IMG/VR virus record: IMGVR_UViG_3300020048_000106
Span: 1 to 64,000 of that record
Direction: 5' to 3' (one strand)
DNA: 64,000 bases
From: a virus
Lineage: Duplodnaviria; Caudoviricetes
The notes under the pieces: generated by a model
Seen by the model: the letters and a program-made list of their open reading frames with translations, nothing else
What the model was told of the DNA's origin: nothing
The model's database searches: none
Shown: positions 27,273 to 36,216 of the stretch, one piece after another
How positions within the stretch are numbered: the first letter of the stretch is position 1
Layout: each line of letters begins with the position of its first letter
Program-made: the position numbers and the translations under genes

Positions 27273-27923
27273 ATGAAAGCACTTACTGAGAAGTATCGGC
27301 CGAAGACATTCGGCGAAGTAATCGGCCAAGAGAAGGCGATTAAAACGCTTGAACTGCTGCGATCTCGAACCGGGTTGGGTGGTCGCGCCTACTGGTTGTC
27401 GGGTCAGCCCGGCACCGGGAAAACCACGATTGCGAAGCTGATCGCGGCCGAGTTGTGCGACGATTTTTGCATCGAAGAAATCAACGCATCGACGCTGACC
27501 GGGCCGCGGGCCGTGCTGGAACTGGAACGATCGGCGAACCATATTGGCATGGGCGAGAAGCGCGGTCGCGCCGTGATAATCAATGAGGCCCACGGACTGC
27601 GCAAAGACGTTATCCGAACGCTGTTGGATACGCTGGAGCGGATACCGGACCACGCCGTTTGGTTATTTACGACGACCCGCGCCGGCGAGGCGTCGTTGTT
27701 CGAGGATTACGACGACGCGAGCCCGCTGCTGTCGCGTTGTACCGTCCTGCCGCTGGCCCCGTTTGGTAATCGCCAGGCGTTCGCGGAGTTTGCGAAAGCG
27801 GTGGCGATGAAAGAGGGGCTGGATGGCAAGCCCCTGACATCGTACGAGACGCTTTTGAAGAAGCATTCGAGCAACCTTCGCGCCGCGCTGCAGGATATTG
27901 AAGCCGGCGTGATGTGCCTGTAG
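27273..27923 (+). CDS. clamp-loader-like AAA+ ATPase (DnaX/RFC-like, short)
   Basis: LTEKYRPKTFGEVIGQ, GQPGTGKTT, INEAHGL, SRC motif; promoter TTGACA-N17-TAGTCT at 27201-27229. Confidence 0.8.
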   Translation: MKALTEKYRPKTFGEVIGQEKAIKTLELLRSRTGLGGRAYWLSGQPGTGKTTIAKLIAAELCDDFCIEEINASTLTGPRAVLELERSANHIGMGEKRGRAVIINEAHGLRKDVIRTLLDTLERIPDHAVWLFTTTRAGEASLFEDYDDASPLLSRCTVLPLAPFGNRQAFAEFAKAVAMKEGLDGKPLTSYETLLKKHSSNLRAALQDIEAGVMCL

Positions 27924-27954
27924 TTCTGTCCCTGTCCCTGTTAAGGATTTTGTC

Positions 27955-28278
27955 ATGCCGAAAGTTACGACGTCCCCCGCCCACGCTGAAGCCCTGCATG
28001 AGCTGGCGGTCAAGGTCATGAAGAATTGCATCGCGGCCGGGATCGACCCGGCTGAGGTTTACCCCTCCCCCGAAGCGTTCAAGGAGATGGTCGCCCACAC
28101 GCTATTGGAGCAATACATAGCGGCCGGGTTGCCCCCGGATCAAGCGTTCGATCGCGTATTCGGGCCGGGGCGGTTTGCTGCCCTGACCGAGGAACGGTTG
28201 GCGGCCGAAGCTGCAACGGTTGACGCCGTGTCTCGTCCGAGGGCCGTGATTGTCCTGACCCTGGTCAAGGCTAAGTAG
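27955..28278 (+). CDS. hypothetical protein
   Basis: 107 aa; AAGGA SD. Confidence 0.55.
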   Translation: MPKVTTSPAHAEALHELAVKVMKNCIAAGIDPAEVYPSPEAFKEMVAHTLLEQYIAAGLPPDQAFDRVFGPGRFAALTEERLAAEAATVDAVSRPRAVIVLTLVKAK

Positions 28279-28358
28279 CCCCTGCCTGCCCCCTGCGCCG
28301 GCTGATGCTGGCGCGGGGGGATGGTTGGTATTACCTGCCCGACTTCACACGAGGAAAC

Positions 28359-28583
28359 ATGATGAGCAAGCCCAAGCCCAAGCTGCTGGGATCGTCCGAC
28401 ACACGCGAGGGGATCGAGGGGATCATCAACCGCTACTACTACTCGACCAACTATCGAGTCACTAAGGCGAATGAGATCGTTCGCCAGCAAGACGGCTACG
28501 TCCCCAGTAATGTGCGGATCGTGAAGGCCGGATTCCGATTCCGTTTCGAACTCCTTCCCGAAACCACCAAGGAAACCAAATGA
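28359..28583 (+). CDS. hypothetical protein
   Basis: ATG 28359 after GAGGA. Confidence 0.55.
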   Translation: MMSKPKPKLLGSSDTREGIEGIINRYYYSTNYRVTKANEIVRQQDGYVPSNVRIVKAGFRFRFELLPETTKETK

Positions 28584-28789
28584 GCAAGCTGACACCCGAA
28601 GTCAAGGCTGAGATCGACGCGATGACATACGAGCAACTGCTGAGACGCTGGCGGTTTGCCACGCTGGGCAACCCTATGTTTCAAGGCGAGCGCGGATCGT
28701 ACTTCGCTGACCGCATGTCTGAATTGCGACGCAAGATTGGGCATGACGCTGCCGTCCAGGCGAGTAAGAACGTGGGGTGGGGATCATGA
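28580..28789 (+). CDS. small phage protein
   Basis: KAEIDAMTYEQLLRRWRFA..FQGERG.YF. Confidence 0.6.
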   Translation: MSKLTPEVKAEIDAMTYEQLLRRWRFATLGNPMFQGERGSYFADRMSELRRKIGHDAAVQASKNVGWGS

Positions 28790-29079
28790 GCCACTATCAC
28801 TACCTCAAAATCCGGCACCGCGAGAAGCACGACGGGCGGGCGTTCACGGTTTATCAAACCCTGACCGCGCCGCGGCGGTTTGTCGCCCGCTGGGATCTGC
28901 CCGGCGGCGAGGACAATACCCCAGCAACCGATGACGACTACACCGCGTCGTCGTTCTGTAAAGCGATCGATGCGCTGCTGCTGGTTAAGGGCGACATGGG
29001 GAATCCCATATCGGTCATCAAGCAACCATCAAGCAACGATCAAATAACAACCCGCATCCTCCAACCTGAGCTATTTTGA
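28786..29079 (+). CDS. hypothetical protein
   Basis: ATG 28786, coupled. Confidence 0.5.
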   Translation: MSHYHYLKIRHREKHDGRAFTVYQTLTAPRRFVARWDLPGGEDNTPATDDDYTASSFCKAIDALLLVKGDMGNPISVIKQPSSNDQITTRILQPELF

Positions 29080-29525
29080 TGCCGACTGAGACCTGCAACT
29101 GCGGCTGCGAGTCGCCAGGGGTCCAACGTGTTTGGTCCCCGCTCTTTCGCAACGCTGACCTCGGCCCTGTGTCGATCTGCGAAGGCCGGGCTGATCTGCT
29201 GGCCCCGCGAGCTGAGCAACAAGGCTGGTGGCTCGGCGATGAAGCTGACCGGGCGTTCGACCGTGCCAACGTGATTACGCGAACTGATTCCAACGGTTTG
29301 TACGAATCGACGCTAGTTGACCTCTTCCGGTTCGGATCGCATTACGGGGGCGTCCCCCTCGGCCAAGAACTTGAGGACTCGGCGACCGCGATCTACCTTC
29401 GAAACGGCGCGGTCTGGGTCGTCACCAACCTGTTCGCCATCGCAATTTACGAACTGGGTGCGGCATCCCGCCTTCGGCTCAAAAAATCTCCTGGTTCGGG
29501 CTTGCAGAGGGCTGTCTCAACATGA
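29079..29525 (+). CDS. hypothetical protein
   Basis: Coupled start and stop. Confidence 0.45.
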   Translation: MPTETCNCGCESPGVQRVWSPLFRNADLGPVSICEGRADLLAPRAEQQGWWLGDEADRAFDRANVITRTDSNGLYESTLVDLFRFGSHYGGVPLGQELEDSATAIYLRNGAVWVVTNLFAIAIYELGAASRLRLKKSPGSGLQRAVST

Positions 29526-30040
29526 CCACATTGCTACAATCTGAGCGGGGGACTACACCACGCTTTAACATGCGACTCGCAACCATCTATCGACTGTCCA
29601 GCACACAAGCCAAAAAACTGCTCATCAGCAACAACGAGCTGGTGATCGCATTCCCAACGCCCATCGAGCTACCGGATGACTTTCCGGCTGATCGTGTCGT
29701 CGGCTTGGCGATGCCCGAGCACTACCAATTCTGTGAACGGGCTGAGTATCAAGTGCTTCCCGTGCTGATTCCCGGCCGTTTGGAAGGGGAAAGCCCCACG
29801 AAGGGGACGCAAGGCGTCCTCGGTCGAATCTTGAGCCAGGATGAAGCCGGGAAGCCGCAACCGCGACCGCTCATCTTCGTGGAGTGCATCGTCGGCCGGT
29901 TTGTTCCGCCCTCGCGACGGATCATTCCGGCACCGGATGGCTTGATCGCGTGGGCCGGGAAAGTGTTTCACGACGGTGCGGAAGTGGAGCCGGCTGGCCT
30001 TTATCCGCCGCTAGCCTCCGCCGCCGCACCGGCCGATTAA
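29522..30040 (+). CDS. hypothetical protein
   Basis: 172 aa. Confidence 0.5.
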   Translation: MTTLLQSERGTTPRFNMRLATIYRLSSTQAKKLLISNNELVIAFPTPIELPDDFPADRVVGLAMPEHYQFCERAEYQVLPVLIPGRLEGESPTKGTQGVLGRILSQDEAGKPQPRPLIFVECIVGRFVPPSRRIIPAPDGLIAWAGKVFHDGAEVEPAGLYPPLASAAAPAD

Positions 30041-30163
30041 CACTTGGCTATGCGAGCCCGATGCGTCGGACCGCAAAAGAGCGTTGAAACTTCTACGGCG
30101 AGTCGGCTAGACTCGCCGTTTCTGTTTTCGCGAACACCAACCACCAAACACGGATGTCCACCA

Positions 30164-30517
30164 ATGTCTGCCCATAATCTGCTGGAAGAACTCCTGACCG
30201 CTCCGCAACAGCTCGCGCGGACGTACACCGGCCAAGCCATCCGAGCGGACCGATCGCCGGCCTATGCCCCGATCATCACCGCCGCCGCCGAAACCCGGAC
30301 GCTGCCGCGACCCTCGCACGTTGGCCAGCGGCTCACGCTCGCGATGGAAGTGGATGGCGGCGACTGCGTCATCACGTCGAGCGCGGCCATCAATCCGACT
30401 GGCAACACGATCATCACGTTTGACGCGGCGGGCGAAGCGGTCGAACTACTGGCGGTGCGGATCGGTGCCGATCTGTTCTGGCGCGTGGTCGTCAATGTTG
30501 GCGCGGCGCTGTCGTAA
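30164..30517 (+). CDS. small beta-rich protein resembling virion decoration proteins
   Basis: ATG 30164; AAAETRTLPRP..DGGDCVIT..WRVV. Confidence 0.6.
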   Translation: MSAHNLLEELLTAPQQLARTYTGQAIRADRSPAYAPIITAAAETRTLPRPSHVGQRLTLAMEVDGGDCVITSSAAINPTGNTIITFDAAGEAVELLAVRIGADLFWRVVVNVGAALS

Positions 30518-30544
30518 ATCGACCGTAAAACGACCGTAAAAACT

Positions 30545-30582
30545 AACAGCCCGCCGGCGTTGTAAACCGGCGGGCTGTTTTC
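30545..30582 (+). terminator. intrinsic terminator
   Basis: AACAGCCCGCCGG-N9-CCGGCGGGCTGTT followed by TT. Confidence 0.75.
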
Positions 30583-30683
30583 GTAATTACTGGCAACGCT
30601 TGACTCAGTGTCTCTTCTTGACTAGGGTTGAAGTTATCGACCCGTTCACAACGCGGACCCAACACGAGCAAGAAGTTCGACCC

Positions 30684-31001
30684 ATGGCCACAGCACCACA
30701 AATCTTTTCGTTCACGTACAAGGATCTGCAGGAGATCACCGGGCTGACGAAAGCCGGGGTTTCTCAACACGTAAGCCGGGGCAATCTTCAGGCGTACGAC
30801 CTCACGAGCGTCGTCGCTTTCATCGCCCGGTACGGCAAGCCCGAGATTCGACTCGAGATCATGGAGAAGATGATGGGGATCGACCGTCAGGTACTGGAAC
30901 GCGGGCGCCGGCAATCAACCGTGGGAGTCCCGCGGGAAGGTGGTCGCCTCCCCGCGGATCCCGCGGTAAAGCCTAAGCGGGCTCGAAAGCCCACGAGATA
31001 A
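30684..31001 (+). CDS. HTH DNA-binding protein (repressor or excisionase-like)
   Basis: FTYKDLQEITGLTKAGVSQHVSRG; upstream TTGACTCAGTGTC..N17-TAGGGT at 30600. Confidence 0.7.
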   Translation: MATAPQIFSFTYKDLQEITGLTKAGVSQHVSRGNLQAYDLTSVVAFIARYGKPEIRLEIMEKMMGIDRQVLERGRRQSTVGVPREGGRLPADPAVKPKRARKPTR

Positions 31002-31353
31002 TCGGCCGCTGCCCTGGCATTGGCGTCATCTCAACCAATACGTCGGCCACGCAAGGCAAATCGACCGGATGATTGCTTGCCAGTGTCTTGCCGGTTAGCA
31101 TTGAAAGACTGAGCACCAGCGTCATCCACTGCGATGCGTCGCCGTCTAGCCAGTTTTTTGACCGCGGGCCGGCGACAATCCAGTCGCGGAATCGCTTAAT
31201 TTTCATCGCATCGGCCATTTCTGGGGCGAAAAATGGCGAATCGAAAACCGATCCCTCGCCTACCCAGATTTCACCGTCCTGAATATCATCGGCCGAAGCT
31301 CGCTGCACCCGCGCGGATCGGACAGAACGATTGGCTGCTAGTGAGCGGCCCAT
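30973..31353 (-). CDS. hypothetical protein
   Basis: 126 aa convergent with the HTH gene; start uncertain. Confidence 0.35.
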   Translation of the reverse strand: MGRSLAANRSVRSARVQRASADDIQDGEIWVGEGSVFDSPFFAPEMADAMKIKRFRDWIVAGPRSKNWLDGDASQWMTLVLSLSMLTGKTLASNHPVDLPCVADVLVEMTPMPGQRPIISWAFEPA

Positions 31354-31581
31354 ACCGGTCCTTTAGGTAAGGTTTGTAGTGAAAGGCCTGATGACGATGT
31401 CAGGGGATTCACTACAAACATAGAAGGATCCCGCCATTGGTCAACCGATGGCGGGTGGATGTTCGGCACGGCTAGCGTGAGCCGGGCCGAATGTCTTTAT
31501 CGTTAAGGGGAATCCACTTTGCGGATTACCCGTAAAAACGAGACCTTCGAGACTACATAAGGGCGGATAAAACGGATTTCA

Positions 31582-31601
31582 AGTGGAGCCGAAGGGAGTT
31601 G
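31582..31601 (-). mobile_element. candidate attP core matching the 3' end of tRNA-Ala or tmRNA
   Basis: Minus strand CAACTCCCTTCGGCTCCACT = partial T-loop, T-stem 3' strand, acceptor 3' strand with U70 and A73; 97 nt upstream of the integrase. Confidence 0.6.
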
Positions 31602-31697
31602 CATTGTACGAAACTTTTTTCTGGTTTTTTCCGCCACGGCCCGAGCCGTGAGGTAAATCACCAATCGACAACTCTTCACACTGGACAGGCACCATCC

Positions 31698-32576
31698 ATG
31701 CTCATCAGCGACTACCTTGATTCCGTCTACGTCCCGTCGAGATTGCTCGACGCGAGCCCTCACACGGTCCGGTTGTACCGGTTATCCATATCAGCCTTCG
31801 CCAAAACGATTGACCGGCCGCCCACTCTCGACGATCTGACGAACGATCTGATCCGATTGCACCTGGCGAAGCGGATGTCCGCTCGACGCTCCCCAGCCAC
31901 CGCAAACAAGGACAGAGCCCAGCTGCTCGCTATCTGGCGGCACGCGACGACGCACGGGTACAAAACCACATGGCCGGATGTCCGTGAGCTACGCGAGCCC
32001 CAGCGGGCTCCTGTGGCGTGGTTGCCCGGCGAATGCGGCGTCCTGCTCGCCCAGTCGTGCCGCGAGCGAGGGCGGATCGGTGGTGTGCCGGCCGGGCTCT
32101 TCTGGAACGCCCTGCTCCTGGTGCTTCTCGATACCGGGGAGCGGATCGGTGCGGTGATGCAACTGCGGTGGGATTGGTTGAGCCGCGACGGCGGATTCCT
32201 CGCAATCCCTGCCGAGGCGAGGAAGGGGCGGACTCGCGACAAAGTGTTCCGCCTGAGCGACGCTACGGGTGTCGCGATCCAAAAGCTGCGAGAGTATCAA
32301 CCCGGTCCGCTCGTGTTCGCCTGGCCCCACAACCGGGGATGCCTTTGGCGGCGGTTTGGGATGGTCCTGTCTCATGCTGGGTTGCCGGCCGATCGGAAGA
32401 GCAAGTTCCACCGGTTGCGAAAGACAGTTGCCACCGCAGTCTACGCGGCGGGTGGTGATGCTCAGCGTGCCCTCGATCACCGGGACGCGCGGACAACCGA
32501 ATCGTATCTCGACCCGCGCATCACGTCTGACACCCGCACCCCCGAGCACGTTCAGGCCTATCGCGACCGGGACTGA
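31698..32576 (+). CDS. int: tyrosine integrase
   Basis: N-terminal core-binding helices; DTGER (R), HRLRKT (HxxR), LDH..TTESY (H, Y). Confidence 0.9.
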   Translation: MLISDYLDSVYVPSRLLDASPHTVRLYRLSISAFAKTIDRPPTLDDLTNDLIRLHLAKRMSARRSPATANKDRAQLLAIWRHATTHGYKTTWPDVRELREPQRAPVAWLPGECGVLLAQSCRERGRIGGVPAGLFWNALLLVLLDTGERIGAVMQLRWDWLSRDGGFLAIPAEARKGRTRDKVFRLSDATGVAIQKLREYQPGPLVFAWPHNRGCLWRRFGMVLSHAGLPADRKSKFHRLRKTVATAVYAAGGDAQRALDHRDARTTESYLDPRITSDTRTPEHVQAYRDRD

Positions 32577-32914
32577 CACCCGTCCCCACGCTTGGTAGAA
32601 GGGTTCAGTCCAGGCGCAACGACTCCCAGACTTTTCAGCCTGGGAGTCGTGCTGCTTGGCATAAGGGACGAGCCACGGCAGCAACGGCTTGGTAATCATT
32701 TAACGTGCTTCCAAGCGGGGCGAACCCTACTCCTACACGCCGGCCTCTTGACCGCGGGTCGGAGTCGTTAGAGCACACCAGCGGGAACGGTCGGTCACTT
32801 GTGCCTCCGATGGCACCCTGCCAACCAACTTGTCGCTGTACCTACTGGCCTCGGCTTTCCGGGTGGTTGACCCGCTGTGCAATCAGAGCTGTTCGATCAA
32901 GCCAGCGGCAATCG

Positions 32915-33166
32915 CTAGCAAAACTGGTCTTCCAATGCCCGGACGGCATTTTCGATCCCGGGATTTGAATCGTCTTCGGTTGCTGCTGTGGTCGCCAGCG
33001 GGCGCGGATCACATCTCTCGCATTGGCCGGACAGGTTCGATTCGATTGCTGACAATGGAACTCGCATGGGTGTTCCGCATCGACCGCAAAACTCGCGGTA
33101 ATACTGGGAGCCTGGAATACGGTCGCCGCGGTGAAGCTCGGCGGCTGGCTTTTGCTGTGGTTTCAT
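32915..33166 (-). CDS. small Zn-finger protein
   Basis: ATG 33166; CGRCG..CERCD. Confidence 0.5.
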   Translation of the reverse strand: MKPQQKPAAELHRGDRIPGSQYYREFCGRCGTPMRVPLSAIESNLSGQCERCDPRPLATTAATEDDSNPGIENAVRALEDQFC

Positions 33167-33254
33167 GGTTTGTAGAAAATTGATTGGTGATGGTTTCGAG
33201 ATCCACGGGTTGACCCAGCGTGAACACCGAGTCAACCCTGAATCGCGTCGAGAA

Positions 33255-34127
33255 CTACCGGCCGCAAACGACGCGGATCACATCGTTGCTGACGACGTTG
33301 ATGGTCCCTTCTTCGGTCAGCCGATCGAAGATTACCTGCAGCTCGGCGGCGACTGCCTTGGCTGCTTCGTTTACGGCTTTCCAGAGCCCATTCTTGGGCA
33401 GGACCAGGGAAATCTTCTGGTTCTTCGTGTCGATCTGCACGATCGCCATCGCTTCGCAATCCATGAGACCTGGGATCGGCGTATCCGGCTGGATGACCGG
33501 GAACTGGACGGGAACGGCATCGGGTACGTCCTGGCCCGAAGCCTTCGTTTGCAGTTCGACGGAGCGTCCCATCGATTCCCGCCCGCTACCCTGCACGACC
33601 ATGGCGGTTCGCGAGGTTTCGGCGAAGTCGATCGATCGCACTTGGTTGAGCAACGACGGCGGGACGTTCTCAAATAGGTCGCGGCGGACGATCTTGACGA
33701 AGTCTGGGATCGTTACGCCGTCTTCGAGCAATGCCATCGCCCTGAACTCGGGGGTTGGCGAGATGGTCAATTCAATGGCGTCCTCCTGCACTAAGCCAGC
33801 CGGATACCCAGTGACCAGGATGTTGCCGGCGTGGCAATCAGCCACCGTGATGATCGGCGATGAGACGTTTGGGGTCACCCCGTCCTCGGCTGCCAAGTAG
33901 GACTGCATCAGCTTGACAAAGCCCGCAATGTTGTGTGCGGTCATCTTCTTTGGTGGTCGCGGGATGGGCTTGATGGTGATCGCACCGCCCGGCTCCTGTA
34001 GGGCGTAGTGGGTTTTGCCTGGGAGCTCGATTACCTTGGCGTTCTTGGCCTGGATGGCGAGCTGAACAATCGAGTCGACGAACTGAGATAACATTGGAAT
34101 GGCCTGATATTTGTGGATGTTGCGCAT
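33255..34127 (-). CDS. YfdQ-like phage protein
   Basis: About 280-290 aa, follows the YfdP-like gene; start may be 34094. Confidence 0.5.
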   Translation of the reverse strand: MRNIHKYQAIPMLSQFVDSIVQLAIQAKNAKVIELPGKTHYALQEPGGAITIKPIPRPPKKMTAHNIAGFVKLMQSYLAAEDGVTPNVSSPIITVADCHAGNILVTGYPAGLVQEDAIELTISPTPEFRAMALLEDGVTIPDFVKIVRRDLFENVPPSLLNQVRSIDFAETSRTAMVVQGSGRESMGRSVELQTKASGQDVPDAVPVQFPVIQPDTPIPGLMDCEAMAIVQIDTKNQKISLVLPKNGLWKAVNEAAKAVAAELQVIFDRLTEEGTINVVSNDVIRVVCGR

Positions 34128-34195
34128 GGGTAGTTACAGATGGGATATAGAAGCAAGGCCGGGGCCGAAGCCCCGACCAGAAGTAAGCCGGCCGA

Positions 34196-34549
34196 TTACT
34201 CGGCGGCTTCGTACGGCAAGGCGGGCTGCTCGAAATCGTTCGTCTCGGCCTGGAAAACGAGCTGAGCACCGCCGCCACGAATCAGGCGGGCCCGCATGTT
34301 GTAGGCATTCGACCGTCGGTTCGGGACGCTCGACGCGATGTCGAAAGCGACCTGGACGTCGGCGAGGGTGCCGCTGTCGTCGCACTGGGGTTTGAGTTCC
34401 AGGTTCAAACTGACTTTCCGGGGGCGATTGTCCCCGGGTCGGTCGAGCATGTCCTTGATGACGTGCTGCAGCTCGACGGCGAAAGCGACTGCGACCTTGC
34501 CGCCGTCGATTTCTTCGATGTTCGCGAGGGATAGACTTTGGATTGACAC
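34196..34549 (-). CDS. YfdP-like phage protein
   Basis: GTG 34549 after AAGGA; IDGGKVAVAFAVEL..DRP..RKVSLNLELKP. Confidence 0.6.
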   Translation of the reverse strand: MSIQSLSLANIEEIDGGKVAVAFAVELQHVIKDMLDRPGDNRPRKVSLNLELKPQCDDSGTLADVQVAFDIASSVPNRRSNAYNMRARLIRGGGAQLVFQAETNDFEQPALPYEAAE

Positions 34550-34656
34550 TTTGGTTACCGGATTCCTTGGTTGGTGGTGAAGCATAAGAGGGGCCGGCCC
34601 GACCACGGAGGTATGAGCCTCGCTTTGGATCGGGCCGGCTCGCCGTGGAAAGCCGT

Positions 34657-34839
34657 TCACAACGAGTCCCTTGGCAACCGTCGGTATTGCGGCTTTCGCC
34701 CACCGCCGGCTGACTTGGTAAAGTGGTTGGATGTCCGCCGCTTCCGCTTCCGAGCGGCTGGTCGAGTGTCTGCGGAAGCAACCCCGCAGTAGTCAAATCC
34801 GTATCCGCACGCGACGATGATGAAGTAAAGCGGGATCAC
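34657..34839 (-). CDS. small hypothetical protein
   Basis: 60 aa coupled to the recombinase stop. Confidence 0.3.
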   Translation of the reverse strand: MIPLYFIIVACGYGFDYCGVASADTRPAARKRKRRTSNHFTKSAGGGRKPQYRRLPRDSL

Positions 34840-35501
34840 GCCTGATCGCTCCCGTACAAATCACGGAAATCGTCGTCGTTCGCCAGCGCGTGGGCGTAAA
34901 TGTTTGTGGTCCCAACGCTCGCGTGACCGGCCGCGTCGCGCACCTGGGACAGTGACCGACCCGTTGCGATCGCGTGGCTGCAGAACGAATGCCGGCCCTG
35001 GTGGATCGACACTTGGTTGGCACGATCCTCGCCGAGTGGGGTCAAGGCGGTCCGCCAGTGGTGCCGGACGTTGTCCCAGCTCAGCCGCTCGCCGGTTTTC
35101 TTGCCGCTGAGGCTGCAGACGAACGGGTCGGTCGGCTGGGCACCCATCGCGATGCGACGCTGATACCAAGCCGCAACGTCAGCCATGGCGAAGCGATCCC
35201 ATCGCAACCGGACGCGACGCCCGTGCCGCTGGCCGGTGGATGATGCCTTAGTGATTGCGGCCCGAATATGGATGCTTGGCCGGCTGCCGCTCAGGGTGAT
35301 GTCTCCCATGTTCAAGCCGACGATCTCTTTCCGCCTGAGACCGTAAGCTGACGACAGGCGGAAGACGATCATGTTCAGTTCGGCCATCTTGCTCGGCCGT
35401 TTCCGTTTGCCCGGCGCTGCCTTGGCACGCATCCACGCCAAGCACGCCAAAACCTCATACCCTTCCAAAATCCGTGATGTGTCAGTCTGCGGCATTGTCA
35501 T
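34836..35501 (-). CDS. second tyrosine recombinase, catalytic domain only
   Basis: ATG 35501/35495 after AGGAG; YGLRRKE (R), HQGRHSF (HxxR), GHASVGTTNIY (H, Y); no N-terminal core-binding domain. Confidence 0.85.
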   Translation of the reverse strand: MTMPQTDTSRILEGYEVLACLAWMRAKAAPGKRKRPSKMAELNMIVFRLSSAYGLRRKEIVGLNMGDITLSGSRPSIHIRAAITKASSTGQRHGRRVRLRWDRFAMADVAAWYQRRIAMGAQPTDPFVCSLSGKKTGERLSWDNVRHHWRTALTPLGEDRANQVSIHQGRHSFCSHAIATGRSLSQVRDAAGHASVGTTNIYAHALANDDDFRDLYGSDQA

Positions 35502-35527
35502 TCTCCTGTGTGAAGGACTGCGGATGG

Positions 35528-35556
35528 ATTCTAACAACGGGGGACGCGGTGTCAAC
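35528..35556 (-). promoter_or_regulatory. promoter of the second recombinase with TTGACAC motif
   Basis: GTTGACACCGCGTC; TTGACA-N16-TAGAAT. Confidence 0.7.
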
Positions 35557-35761
35557 GGTCAGCGGACTGATACCGCCGCTTTTGTGCTTCGATGTGCTCT
35601 CGGTATTTCTCCATGGTCTCAACGCGGGCGTTGCGGTATCCGAGTTGTTTCGCGTCGGCTGCAAGCACGCGGGCGCCGTCTTCGCAGCTGAACGCGAACA
35701 CTTGGTTGGGGACCACGCCGTAGGTCACTAAGACGACGTGGGTTTGTGCATGGGCACTCAT
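35552..35761 (-). CDS. small hypothetical protein
   Basis: ATG 35761; its TGA stop lies inside TTGACA. Confidence 0.5.
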   Translation of the reverse strand: MSAHAQTHVVLVTYGVVPNQVFAFSCEDGARVLAADAKQLGYRNARVETMEKYREHIEAQKRRYQSADR

Positions 35762-36216
35762 GGTAATTCCTGTTGTGGTTCGGGGGTTGTGGTTGCTGCG
35801 GGCTCGGGTTCCCCGCCGGATCGGACGATTAGCTCGGCTATGGCTGCAATTTCCTCGGCAGACATTGCTTCGTACTGGGTGAGCCGCTGGCAAAGCCTGC
35901 GGATCTTGGATAGCTTGGCGACCGATTCAAGCCGCTCGATGATCGCGGTCTGGACGGTGCTGCCTTTCGCCAGTTTGACGCCTCTCAGCTCTAGCCACTC
36001 GACGACGTCCGCCACGGTTCCGCTGCCGATCGCTGACATCATCGTGGACGTCTCCTTGCTCAGTAGACCGCCCTGGGACGCATCTCCGCCGGCGCAAAGC
36101 TCCGTGGCTAGGTCGCGACGGGCATCCTTACCGGCTGCGAACGCCATCCCCATCAGGACCATCTCGAGGTCGCGGCGGTTGGCATCGTTCAGGTTGACTG
36201 CTCGTGCTCGTGTCAT
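35758..36216 (-). CDS. hypothetical helical protein
   Basis: ATG 36216 overlapping the upstream TGA. Confidence 0.55.
   Translation of the reverse strand: MTRARAVNLNDANRRDLEMVLMGMAFAAGKDARRDLATELCAGGDASQGGLLSKETSTMMSAIGSGTVADVVEWLELRGVKLAKGSTVQTAIIERLESVAKLSKIRRLCQRLTQYEAMSAEEIAAIAELIVRSGGEPEPAATTTPEPQQELP

Noticed and set aside
32577-32914. Gap downstream of int as attP or an RNA gene
   Set aside because: Only a CGACTCCCAG/CTGGGAGTCG hairpin is evident; no tRNA-like core, unlike 31582-31601.
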